This document shows, piece after piece, positions 49,272 through 58,799 of a DNA stretch of 64,000 nucleotides. The position numbers and the translations under genes are program-made. The DNA comes from an archaeon (GTDB taxonomy: Archaea > Nanobdellota > Nanobdellia > Pacearchaeales > GW2011-AR1). The notes under the pieces were generated by a model that ran no database searches, was not told the DNA's origin, and saw only the letters and a list, made by a program, of their open reading frames with translations. Numbering within the stretch: the first letter of the stretch is position 1; each line of letters opens with the position of its first letter. The stretch is from contig JAJRTJ010000002.1 in assembly GCA_024278335.1 (NCBI GenBank), positions 17,008 through 81,007 on the forward strand. Reading direction: 5' to 3'.

Positions 49272-51224
49272 TTATGCCTTTTTTTCAAATCCCTCTAACA
49301 CTCTTATATCAGGACTAAGAACATTTACTTTGTCTTCCTTAAATCTAATTCCTCTGTAAACTTTTTGCCAAAGCTCTCTTCTGGCCTTATCTCTATAAAA
49401 ATCCCAGTAATATTGAGGGTGTGTTTTATTCAAAATTTTCCAAAAAGCATCTTGGACATTTGGATTTGGATATTTTGTAAATATAATGCTTTTGCACTGC
49501 CCTCCAGGAAAATCAACTCCTCGTGAAGCCTGAGTTGAGAATAAAACATCAATCTCCCCTTGTTTAAATTTTGATATCCTTTCTTCTCCGGATTCTGCTT
49601 GAAGTTCTTTTAATTTCTCCAGAGAAATAAGGTTTCTTAAGTTAAAAGATTCAATTTCCTCTTTTTTTGGAAGGTCTTTAAATGCCTGAACATGAACCAG
49701 CAAGGGCTTTTCTGCAATCTCAATGCATTTGTCTAATGCTCTCAAATATTCTCCTCTTGAATATTTTCCGCATGAGAAATTAGAATACTTGCAGTCTATT
49801 TCAAGCCCAGTTTTTTTAATTTTAATATTCCCTTGGTTTTGAGTTTCTGCTTCAATTGTGATAAACTCTTTTAATCCAAAGATGTTTTTCAAGACACTTT
49901 CAGAGTGCAGGGTCCCAGACATCATTACAATTAATTCATTTTTTCCGACAATTGATTCAAACATTTTTGCAAGATTTGTTGTAACGAGATTTATCTTTAA
50001 TATTTCTTCCTGCTTTTCAATTGTTAGATAAGTTTCATTTTCAAATCCTTGGAACATTTTGGCAATCTTTAAAACATCAAAAAGATAGCTTTCTTCATCA
50101 AGGTCATCAAAAAATTCTGGATTTTTTACAAGAATCTTCAATATATCATAAAGCCCTGTTTCTTTAAGGGGAATTATTTCTCCATTTTCTGCTGCTTGAA
50201 GGATTTTTTCATTTTTTTTCAAAAACATTAAAAGCTCTCCAAGTTCTTTTTGAATTTTATCAAAAAGCTCTGTTGTTCCAAAAGCATAAGTTAAAGCAGA
50301 TTGAAGCCTGTTAATGTTAATGGTCTCTGAATTAGAAAAATTATCTAAAAATTCATCGCATTCATCAATTATCTCTACTGCAGTTTTTGGTTTTCTTCCA
50401 AGAAGCGATTCTAATTTGTATTTTAAGGAATTAAATACCAAAACATCTGAATTTACATATTTTTCAAATTGTTCATAATAACTGCATCCAGGACATCGCA
50501 CATAGTGAATATATTTCTTTCCACTAATTCCCGTAAAAAAAGATTTTTTTGCATTAGCAAGGCTTTGTTGCCTGAATTCATACTCCTCTGGCAAAACAGG
50601 GGACCAATAAGGGCATACTGCTGCGATGCTCGCTCTTTTTACGTCGCCTATTTCTTTGAATTCGCTTGAATCCACGTCTTTATTCTGGGATAAATATTTC
50701 TTTAGTTTTGGCCAGTTTTTCTCTTTTATTTCAATTTTGCACGGGATATTTGGATTATCTGCAGAAGAATCCTGAGAAATCATTTCAAAAACCTCTTCTC
50801 TTGTTTTATCAAAAATATCTAAAGTTGAATCAACTTCTTTTTTTTCAACAGGAATTGCTTTTTTATTATACTCAAGAAATTTGCAAGAATGATTTTTTCT
50901 TCCAGTAATTACACTTATCTTTAGTTTTTTTCCTTCTGCATTTTTTAAATATTTCTTGCTTTCATAATCTCCTTTATACTGCCATTGAAGGTTTTTTATT
51001 GGAACAACTACTGAAGCCTTTCCTAATTTTCTGGCAATATTAAGGGCAATTGCAGACTTTCCAGTTCCACAGACTCCTTGAATAAATATATGCTTGTGCC
51101 CATTTTCTACTGCTTCTAAAACTTCTTTCACTATGTCTGCTTGAGATTTTCCATTAGAAAAGCACAAAGGCTCAAGAAATTTATCTTCTTCATAAAGCGA
51201 CCACATTTTAAGTAAGAAAAACAA
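49272..51224 (-). CDS. xpd: XPD/Rad3-family FeS DNA helicase
   Basis: Walker A VCGTGKS. Four Cys (C..., CKIE, AAVCPYW, VRCPGCSY) form the FeS domain inserted in HD1, and the C-terminal motifs are LFSTQASRGVDFPGGQCKSIIF. Confidence 0.65.
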   Translation of the reverse strand: MFFLLKMWSLYEEDKFLEPLCFSNGKSQADIVKEVLEAVENGHKHIFIQGVCGTGKSAIALNIARKLGKASVVVPIKNLQWQYKGDYESKKYLKNAEGKKLKISVITGRKNHSCKFLEYNKKAIPVEKKEVDSTLDIFDKTREEVFEMISQDSSADNPNIPCKIEIKEKNWPKLKKYLSQNKDVDSSEFKEIGDVKRASIAAVCPYWSPVLPEEYEFRQQSLANAKKSFFTGISGKKYIHYVRCPGCSYYEQFEKYVNSDVLVFNSLKYKLESLLGRKPKTAVEIIDECDEFLDNFSNSETININRLQSALTYAFGTTELFDKIQKELGELLMFLKKNEKILQAAENGEIIPLKETGLYDILKILVKNPEFFDDLDEESYLFDVLKIAKMFQGFENETYLTIEKQEEILKINLVTTNLAKMFESIVGKNELIVMMSGTLHSESVLKNIFGLKEFITIEAETQNQGNIKIKKTGLEIDCKYSNFSCGKYSRGEYLRALDKCIEIAEKPLLVHVQAFKDLPKKEEIESFNLRNLISLEKLKELQAESGEERISKFKQGEIDVLFSTQASRGVDFPGGQCKSIIFTKYPNPNVQDAFWKILNKTHPQYYWDFYRDKARRELWQKVYRGIRFKEDKVNVLSPDIRVLEGFEKKA

Positions 51225-51357
51225 TTAAGGGGGTCTTATAAAGATTATTGGTTACTTGTGAGTTCTTTTATCGGAGGATGATTAGAAGGTTTTACAAATT
51301 GTTCACCAGTTTCATCAACTCTAACAACTTCAAGCCATCCTTCATTGACCATGTCAT

Positions 51358-51750
51358 TTAACATTCCTTTAGCCCATTCATCTGCACCAATTGGAGACAT
51401 TCTCCTTGTCCTTGCAATTTTCTCCCAATCAAATTTAAACTCTCTCCGGTAACAATCCCCTCACAAAAAGCTTCTCCACTAAATATTTCTCCAAAATTGT
51501 ATCCCCCAACCCAAATACCTTGTTTATTTTTTTCAAATAAATATTTAATTTTATCTGTCCTATCTAAATACCTTTTATCAAAGACCATTTGACCCTCTTT
51601 TGTATTTAATTTTCCAACAATACCTGAAGGACCATAGGCATCATTTAATTCGCCCCTTATTTTACCTTTATAATGTTTTAAACCATATCCATCAAAAATT
51701 CCATTCCCCCCTAAAGGGCGAATAAAAACACCCTTTATATCATAATTCAT
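51358..51750 (-). CDS. hypothetical protein (ORF may continue in another frame to ~51245)
   Basis: 130 aa with no motif. A +2-frame ORF of 38 codons continues immediately after the stop. Confidence 0.3.
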   Translation of the reverse strand: MNYDIKGVFIRPLGGNGIFDGYGLKHYKGKIRGELNDAYGPSGIVGKLNTKEGQMVFDKRYLDRTDKIKYLFEKNKQGIWVGGYNFGEIFSGEAFCEGIVTGESLNLIGRKLQGQGECLQLVQMNGLKEC

Positions 51751-52037
51751 CTCTTTTTAAATTAATTTTACCTTTTAATTATTTCTATCCTATAGGGTTA
51801 TCGACTCTTCCACCAGAACAAACCAAAGATAACTGCAAAAGCAAGGGGGATTTTCCACATATCACTTCCTAAAGGAGTAAAACCAATAAAGATCAGAGAG
51901 ACAATACAGAGCGTTGCAAAGATTTCTACTGTTTGCATGTTTTGGGAGGATTAGGGAGAGTTATAAATTTTTTCGTAACTATTTAAGAAAGGTAACAAAA
52001 CAGAAAACTTTATAAAGAGATATTTTCTTTAAAAATA

Positions 52038-52823
52038 ATGACCAACAAAGTTTATTTAATTTCACAAAGAGTAAGAATCTTAGATGATTCTGGTTTGGAA
52101 GAGTATAGAGAATCAGTAAAGTCTTATAATTCTGAAAAAGCAAGAGCAACACTTGGAGAAGGCAATGAAAGAGTTTCTTCAAAAGGGGGATTGGTTGCAG
52201 TAAGTTCACCTTTTATTATTTTACAATTTGCACACTTAGATTCAAGTGCACAAGGAATTCTCCCAAATAAAGATACTCCTGCCACAAGACAAGAAATTGA
52301 ACAAGCAATTTCAAGAGACCCTTCTTTTTTAAGAGGAAACGAGGTTGATTTTGGATTAGCATTAGTTACTGAAGAAGATTCCTATAACCCAAATGACTTG
52401 CTAGCCAGAACATTGGCAGAACAGCTACAAGAAAGAGGAATAGAATTAGGAACCGGAAAATTAATTCCTTTTTCAACTTTAGCTAAACCTGTTGAACATC
52501 CTGGATCAGATTATGGTCTTGTTTTTAATTTAAATGATTCCGCATCAAGAGAGAATATTTTAGATTTAGAAGAATTTAATTGGGATATTAGATCAAGAAA
52601 AAGAGGCCTTGCGAGAGCTTATCTGATCGACAGGTACTGGGGTTGCGACGTCAGGAATCTTGATCTCCCTTACAGCAATGGCAGGATAGTGGGGGTGGGG
52701 TGGGAAGACGCGCCGAAAAATTTAACATTAGGTTCTACTAATGAGAAATGGAGACAAGCTTTTGAAAAAGCCAAAATTCCAGGAAATTACGAATTTGTAA
52801 AACAACATTTACAAGACGATTAA
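52038..52823 (+). CDS. DGR target (variable) protein; VR near C-terminus
   Basis: 261-aa ORF, GC-richer than its surroundings. Codons ~190-217 (LARAYLIDRYWGCDVRNLDLPYSNGRI) correspond to the variable repeat matched by the downstream template repeat. Confidence 0.6.
   Translation: MTNKVYLISQRVRILDDSGLEEYRESVKSYNSEKARATLGEGNERVSSKGGLVAVSSPFIILQFAHLDSSAQGILPNKDTPATRQEIEQAISRDPSFLRGNEVDFGLALVTEEDSYNPNDLLARTLAEQLQERGIELGTGKLIPFSTLAKPVEHPGSDYGLVFNLNDSASRENILDLEEFNWDIRSRKRGLARAYLIDRYWGCDVRNLDLPYSNGRIVGVGWEDAPKNLTLGSTNEKWRQAFEKAKIPGNYEFVKQHLQDD
52607..52687 (+). repeat. DGR variable repeat (VR)
   Basis: 81 bp with 66/81 identity to TR 52998-53078. 14 of the 15 mismatches are at positions where TR has A. 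Confidence 0.75.
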
Positions 52824-52930
52824 TTTAAAAATAAGAAATTCTTTCTAACATTCCTAGCCATGTTGGGTGGCTGGGCTATACGCCAATTTACTAGTGCATT
52901 ATTTTAGTTTCTTTTAAGCCATAAAATACA

Positions 52931-52952
52931 GAAATTTCTTACGAGAAATTTC
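52931..52952 (+). repeat. perfect hairpin GAAATTTCT-tacg-AGAAATTTC between target gene and TR
   Basis: 9-bp perfect stem with a 4-nt loop, 45 bp upstream of the TR. It could be a terminator or a DGR cis element. Confidence 0.5.
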
Positions 52953-52997
52953 AGTGAAGTCCAAAATGACCTAATTGATATAATTGGCTATTATTTC

Positions 52998-53078
52998 CCT
53001 TGCAAGAGCTTATCTGAACAACAGGAACTGGAATTGCAACAACAGGAATCTTGATAACTATAACAGCAATGGCAGAAT
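52998..53078 (+). repeat. DGR template repeat (TR)
   Basis: AAC/AAT-rich; it translates in the VR frame to LARAYLNNRNWNCNNRNLDNYNSNGRI. It lies 23 bp upstream of the likely RT start ATG 53101. Confidence 0.75.
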
Positions 53079-53100
53079 TGCTCCGCCAGCCAGGTTTAAA

Positions 53101-54153
<1,053 letters not shown>

Positions 54154-54204
54154 TTCAAACTAAAAGTGTGAGGATTGCCTGTCTAATTAAAATAAAAATT
54201 ATGT

Positions 54205-54504
54205 TTAACCAAACAAAGCAGACAATCCTTCTGCTGCAGCTTCTTTCTTTTCTTCTTTAGGCGCTTCTTCTTTCTTTTCTTCGCCTTCAGCAGGTGCATC
54301 TCCAGAACTTGCCGGAGCAGCAGCAACCAAACTTGCATTCTCAAGCTCAGTAGCAATATCAACACCCTTTAAGCTAGCAACTAAAGATTTGACTTTTGAG
54401 TCATCAACTTCAGCACCAGCAGCTGCAACTACACTTTTTATTCCTTCTTCATTCACTTCTTTGCCAAGTTTGTGCAACAAAAGTGCAGCATAGACGTATT
54501 CCAT
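54205..54504 (-). CDS. rpl12: 50S ribosomal stalk protein P1 (aP1 / L12e)
   Basis: [26 protein letters not shown]... plus an Ala/Glu/Lys-rich hinge and the conserved C-terminal EGLSALFG. Confidence 0.8.
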   Translation of the reverse strand: MEYVYAALLLHKLGKEVNEEGIKSVVAAAGAEVDDSKVKSLVASLKGVDIATELENASLVAAAPASSGDAPAEGEEKKEEAPKEEKKEAAAEGLSALFG

Positions 54505-55518
54505 TTATTTTTCCTCTCCAGCAGATTTTCCATCTGTGCTCGATTCCCGCGATTCATCAGACGATTTATTTTCTGTTGGAGTTTGATTCTCTTTTCTCTC
54601 TTCTGAGGCATTGCCTTCTTCAGTTTTTATAGTAGTTCCTTTTTCATTTGTATTTTCTTCTCTCTTTTCAGAATTTTCTTTTGTTTCCTTATTTTCTTCA
54701 TCTTTTTTCTCTTCACTATTTTCCTTTTCCTCACTTGAAGTTTCTTCTTCAAATTTTTCTAATGCTTTTTCATGCGAAGCTGCTTTTCCAATTAAGAATT
54801 TGATTGTGTCTTCTGAAGTATAACCAATCTCTACTGAAAAAGCAAGAGCCTTCCCATACATTTCTCTTAATTCAGAAATTGCTTCCTCTGCATTTATCTC
54901 TATTTCTTCATAAAATTTATTTTCCTTAGTATCATATGCACTCAAGGGAATAAAACCAATTGAAAAAGGCATTATATCAAGTTTACTCATAATGTCACAA
55001 GCAGCTTGAGTAATCTCCTGACCCTTCTCCACTATAACTTTTGGCTCTTTGATGCTTATTTTTCCGTCTTTAACTTCAACTTGCAATCCAACTGCCCCTA
55101 ATTCTGAAATAGCTGGGCCTGGAGGCAAATCAGTTGGTCCTGCTTCAATTCTAATGTCTTCTGGAGCTTCTTGGCCTGCCTTTGCCTTTGCCGGAGATTT
55201 GTTTTGAAGCAAGTCTGCAGCTAAATCAAAAGAATCTGAATTTGAAAATAAGACTGCTGTGCTGTCTTTAAAAATCTCCTCTAGTTTTTTTAATTCATTG
55301 TTTTTTGTTTCCTCAATAGCACGAATAAATAAGTTTTTTTTCGGAAGTTTTACAAAAGCTTTTTCTCTGATTTTTTTAACAATCTGCTGATATTGTGGTC
55401 CAGGAAGATTTTTTACAGAAGCAAGCAAAATTGTTCTGCTGTTTTTAATTAAATCAACAAGCTCTGCTACTAGTTTTTTCTTGTATTCTGGAATTGGAGT
55501 TTGTCTTTTTGGAGTCAT
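54505..55518 (-). CDS. rpl10: 50S ribosomal protein uL10 (P0)
   Basis: An N-terminal uL10 domain (PEYKKKLVAELVDLIKNSRTILLASVKNL) and a P1-binding helical region. The C-terminal Lys/Glu/Ser-rich tail ends ...DGKSAGEEK, without the canonical GLSALFG-like end. Confidence 0.8.
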   Translation of the reverse strand: MTPKRQTPIPEYKKKLVAELVDLIKNSRTILLASVKNLPGPQYQQIVKKIREKAFVKLPKKNLFIRAIEETKNNELKKLEEIFKDSTAVLFSNSDSFDLAADLLQNKSPAKAKAGQEAPEDIRIEAGPTDLPPGPAISELGAVGLQVEVKDGKISIKEPKVIVEKGQEITQAACDIMSKLDIMPFSIGFIPLSAYDTKENKFYEEIEINAEEAISELREMYGKALAFSVEIGYTSEDTIKFLIGKAASHEKALEKFEEETSSEEKENSEEKKDEENKETKENSEKREENTNEKGTTIKTEEGNASEERKENQTPTENKSSDESRESSTDGKSAGEEK

Positions 55519-56147
55519 TCTCTTACCCTAATTTTAATTGGCTTTGTCATGGTAAATTTAATTTCAATATTCTTAATATTGTCAGTTCCCCTTGCAAGAT
55601 TCTTTATTACTGCATTATATACTGCAAGAGCATTTTCAATAATTTCTTCATCTTTAAGGCTTTGTTTTGCTATTGCAACATTTATACTTGGCTCGCTTGT
55701 TTTTATTCTAATACTATTATTGACTTTTGCTTTTACAGCATTAATTGATTTTTCATCTGCATTAAGGATAATTCCTAATTGAGGAGAAGGCATTTTTCCC
55801 GCAGGACCAAGCACACGCCCAAAAGTAGTAGCAACTTTTGGCATTACACTTCCTTGAGCCATAAAAAAGTCATATTTTTTAACAAGCTTTTTCACTTGTT
55901 TTTTGTCAGAATATTTTTTAAATTCTTCTAAAGAGATTGTATCAACAAAGGGGCTTTTTGCCTGAAGAAACGCAGCAATTTTCTTTTCTTTAATTTTATA
56001 TGGAACATTTACAACAATATTTAGGGCATTTTTTTTAACATCAAATTTTTGCAGATTTATAATTAATTCTACTGTTTGGTCAAATTTTCTTTCTTTACTT
56101 TTTCTTAATTCTGCTAGAGCTTTTTTTAATTCTGCCTTTAAATCCAT
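55515..56147 (-). CDS. rpl1: 50S ribosomal protein uL1
   Basis: uL1 fold motifs (GSVMPKVATTFGRVLGPAGKMP). The start is set at Met 8 of the track ORF, which itself uses a TTG at 56168. Confidence 0.75.
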   Translation of the reverse strand: MDLKAELKKALAELRKSKERKFDQTVELIINLQKFDVKKNALNIVVNVPYKIKEKKIAAFLQAKSPFVDTISLEEFKKYSDKKQVKKLVKKYDFFMAQGSVMPKVATTFGRVLGPAGKMPSPQLGIILNADEKSINAVKAKVNNSIRIKTSEPSINVAIAKQSLKDEEIIENALAVYNAVIKNLARGTDNIKNIEIKFTMTKPIKIRVRE

Positions 56148-56300
56148 CTTAATAATCTCCCACGACAAACGACCACGCTCGGTTTGGAGTCAGGCCGAAA
56201 TCTTGGATTTCGTAATCTCCCATTTTATACACCAGCGCCATAGAAAATATGCACTAACGATATGGTTCAAACGATTAAGGTTTCAATCAAAAAAGGGTAT

Positions 56301-57923
56301 TTAAATCTTGTTATTTCTTTTTTTAATAACTAAGCTAATAATTATAACTACTACAACAAGGATAGTTGCCCAAATCCCCCAAAGAGAACTTCTTCCTTCC
56401 TCTCCTTTAGTAAAAATATCCCCATTTTTTTCTACAATTCCTCCCCCCCCTCCACTTTCAACTTGAGATTTTTCTGAAATTGCAAAGTAACTAAAAGAAT
56501 CAACCATTGCCTCATAATAATAAAACTCTCCCTCTTCCTTTACAAATACGGTTTCCAGCTCATTCCAAACTTCTGCAGCCTCATTAAATTTGTATAAACC
56601 AATCAAATCTTTGTCTGAGAAAGATTTTTCTACTTTAATCTGAATTTTTGCTTCTTGAATTTTGTTCACTAAAAGAGGAGCATCTATCTCAAAATATTTA
56701 TAAACTAATCCATTCTTTTCCACAGAAACTCCTAAAGGTTTTTCAGCATAGCCTTTAACAACCATTTTTACATTATTTACTTCTGCATTTGGAGTTATTT
56801 TAATTTCTTTAATCCCAGAATTTGTATCGAGATTTGTTATAATAATTTCTTTTCCTGCTTCAACTTTAGACCAAACATTTGTATCAATGCTTGTTGGTAC
56901 TCCTAAATTTTCCCCAGAATTTATAGGAGGACTTCCCCCGCCTCCAATAACTGTGTTAGTCACAACAGAAGAGGTAACAGAATTGCCTGCAGAATCTGTA
57001 ACTATGCAATATTCACTATATGTTCCCGCAGTTGATGTGGAAGGAGTAGAATTAAATAAGGTTGTCGCAACTCCCGACCCTCCGTCAGCACCAGTACAAG
57101 TGCAGGTTATTGTTCCTCCAGCAGAAATAGAATTAGGGGTGCATGAAAATGCAACTGTAGGAGCAGTAGTGTCAATTGTAAACTTTCTATTCAAACTTCG
57201 ATTAATATTATTTGCAGTATCATTTACAGTAGCATTTACATAATAAACTCCGTCCGCTAAACCAGAAATATTCATCGTCCAAGACGTACTATCTCCAGTA
57301 ACATTGGTCCAATTTACTATATCAAAAGTTGAATTCAATAAGTTTATTCTTATTGTATTAATAACCCCATTATCCGTTACACTCACATTTACATAAATAC
57401 TAGAATATCCCAAATTACTGTTATTTGCTGGAGTAAACCCAACATAGTTTATTGTAGAGGGGATAGTTGTATCATTTACAATTAAAGTAATATTTGTTTC
57501 ATAAATTCCCGTTTCATTCTGAGCCCTTACACTCATATTATAATAGCCGGGAGTTGCAGCAGTTAAGTTGAACCAGAATGAAGTTTCTGTATTATTATTT
57601 ACAGCAAAGTAAGTTACATTTGTCCAGTTTAATATAATGTTTGTTCCCATTACAGAACTCTCAAAGGGAAGGGTTGTTCCACTTGTTCCATTTGTGCTGT
57701 TTGTTATAGTAAAGCTGTTTGGAATAACAATAAACACTGAAGAAATATTTGAATCAGCAGCAGTATTCGTATTGCTCACTGTAATGTTATAAACAGTGCT
57801 TACATCTTCACTAATGTTTAGCATGGTTAAACCATTGCTGGTTGTAGTAGTTATGGCTGCAAACACAATTGCTAGTGAAAGAATTAAAAGCCCTACAAAA
57901 ATAAACGCTCTTTTTTCCACCAT
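56301..57923 (-). CDS. secreted, C-terminally membrane-anchored Thr/Asn/Ser-rich surface protein (putative S-layer / cell-surface glycoprotein)
   Basis: N-terminal signal peptide (FIFVGLLILSLAIVFA) and a C-terminal TM plus basic stop-transfer (GIWATILVVVVIIISLVIKKRNNKI). About 25 N-X-S/T sequons and beta-rich Ig-like repeats. Confidence 0.5.
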   Translation of the reverse strand: MVEKRAFIFVGLLILSLAIVFAAITTTTSNGLTMLNISEDVSTVYNITVSNTNTAADSNISSVFIVIPNSFTITNSTNGTSGTTLPFESSVMGTNIILNWTNVTYFAVNNNTETSFWFNLTAATPGYYNMSVRAQNETGIYETNITLIVNDTTIPSTINYVGFTPANNSNLGYSSIYVNVSVTDNGVINTIRINLLNSTFDIVNWTNVTGDSTSWTMNISGLADGVYYVNATVNDTANNINRSLNRKFTIDTTAPTVAFSCTPNSISAGGTITCTCTGADGGSGVATTLFNSTPSTSTAGTYSEYCIVTDSAGNSVTSSVVTNTVIGGGGSPPINSGENLGVPTSIDTNVWSKVEAGKEIIITNLDTNSGIKEIKITPNAEVNNVKMVVKGYAEKPLGVSVEKNGLVYKYFEIDAPLLVNKIQEAKIQIKVEKSFSDKDLIGLYKFNEAAEVWNELETVFVKEEGEFYYYEAMVDSFSYFAISEKSQVESGGGGGIVEKNGDIFTKGEEGRSSLWGIWATILVVVVIIISLVIKKRNNKI

Positions 57924-57985
57924 CTTTTTATAACGAACTTAATCTTTTTTTATTTATAAATTTATCTCTTTTTCTAGCTTTGCAC

Positions 57986-58020
57986 GAGGGGATTTTATTT
58001 CTTAACTTAATAATCCCCTC
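57986..58020 (+). promoter_or_regulatory. inverted repeat GAGGGGATT-(17 nt)-AATCCCCTC in divergent promoter region
   Basis: Perfect 9-bp arms, about 65 bp upstream of the surface-protein gene start (minus strand) and 100 bp upstream of ORF 58123 (+). Confidence 0.4.
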
Positions 58021-58122
58021 TGCCCCTATTTTTTGTGAAAGAACCTTTTAGTTTAAAACCGACGCTGAAGAATTTCTTTAAAACACAACAATCCTTAAAA
58101 ACAAACCTTAATTTTCTCTTTT

Positions 58123-58476
58123 ATGGAGCTTGTAGCATTGCTTTCAAAAGGAGAAGGGACTTGGGCGCAAGTCTCAGGACTTATGAAATATGGAGAGTGG
58201 GATAAGATTTTTATTATCGGAGATAGTTTTGCAAAAGATAATTTTAAGCATGAAAAAGAATTTGAATTTATCAAAGTTGATTTTAGCCAAAAATTAAAAG
58301 ACCTTAGAGATGACCTCTCAAAAAAATTAAAGGGAAAATTTCAAGACTTGGAAGTTGCCGTAACAATCGCCTCTGGCGACGGAAAAGAGCACATGGCACT
58401 TATTTCTGCCCTGATTAATCTTCCTGTTGGAATAAGATTCGCAGCTTTAACAAAAGAAGGGGTTATTGATCTCTAA
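58123..58476 (+). CDS. hypothetical protein
   Basis: 117-aa ORF with no motif recognised. Confidence 0.3.
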   Translation: MELVALLSKGEGTWAQVSGLMKYGEWDKIFIIGDSFAKDNFKHEKEFEFIKVDFSQKLKDLRDDLSKKLKGKFQDLEVAVTIASGDGKEHMALISALINLPVGIRFAALTKEGVIDL

Positions 58477-58799
58477 GCAACCCTTCTCAATTCAACCCAC
58501 CCTTTACTACTCCAACCAATTTCTGCAAATTTCCACGAAACAATTTTGCTTAACCTTATTCTTCCTTGCTTGTCTAGTTTTTTCATATCTATTCTTCTAT
58601 AAACATCTCTTTCTTTTGCCCTATCTCCCGCATTTCTAAAATCATAACCTTCAGAATATTTTTTATAACCTAAGATAAAAGTCTCCTCATTAAAAAGTTT
58701 GATTGTTCCGTCTGCACAAAAAGAAGCATAGACTTTTTCTTCACCAGGAAAAAACTTTCCAACATGAATTCTCCCTTTACTAATTGGTTTTTTATTCAT
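58473..58799 (-). CDS. hypothetical protein
   Basis: 108-aa basic ORF with no motif recognised. Confidence 0.3.
   Translation of the reverse strand: MNKKPISKGRIHVGKFFPGEEKVYASFCADGTIKLFNEETFILGYKKYSEGYDFRNAGDRAKERDVYRRIDMKKLDKQGRIRLSKIVSWKFAEIGWSSKGWVELRRVA

Noticed and set aside
49018-49359. 113-aa ORF on the plus strand covering tRNA-Ser.
   Set aside because: It overlaps a well-folded tRNA and the att-like repeat. Its translation is Gly/Pro-rich junk from GC-rich tRNA sequence.
51245-51357. Possible frameshifted continuation of hypothetical gene 51358..51750. A 38-codon open +2 frame follows the stop.
   Set aside because: No homology anchor is available to show that the downstream frame belongs to the same protein. 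Open frames of this length occur by chance.
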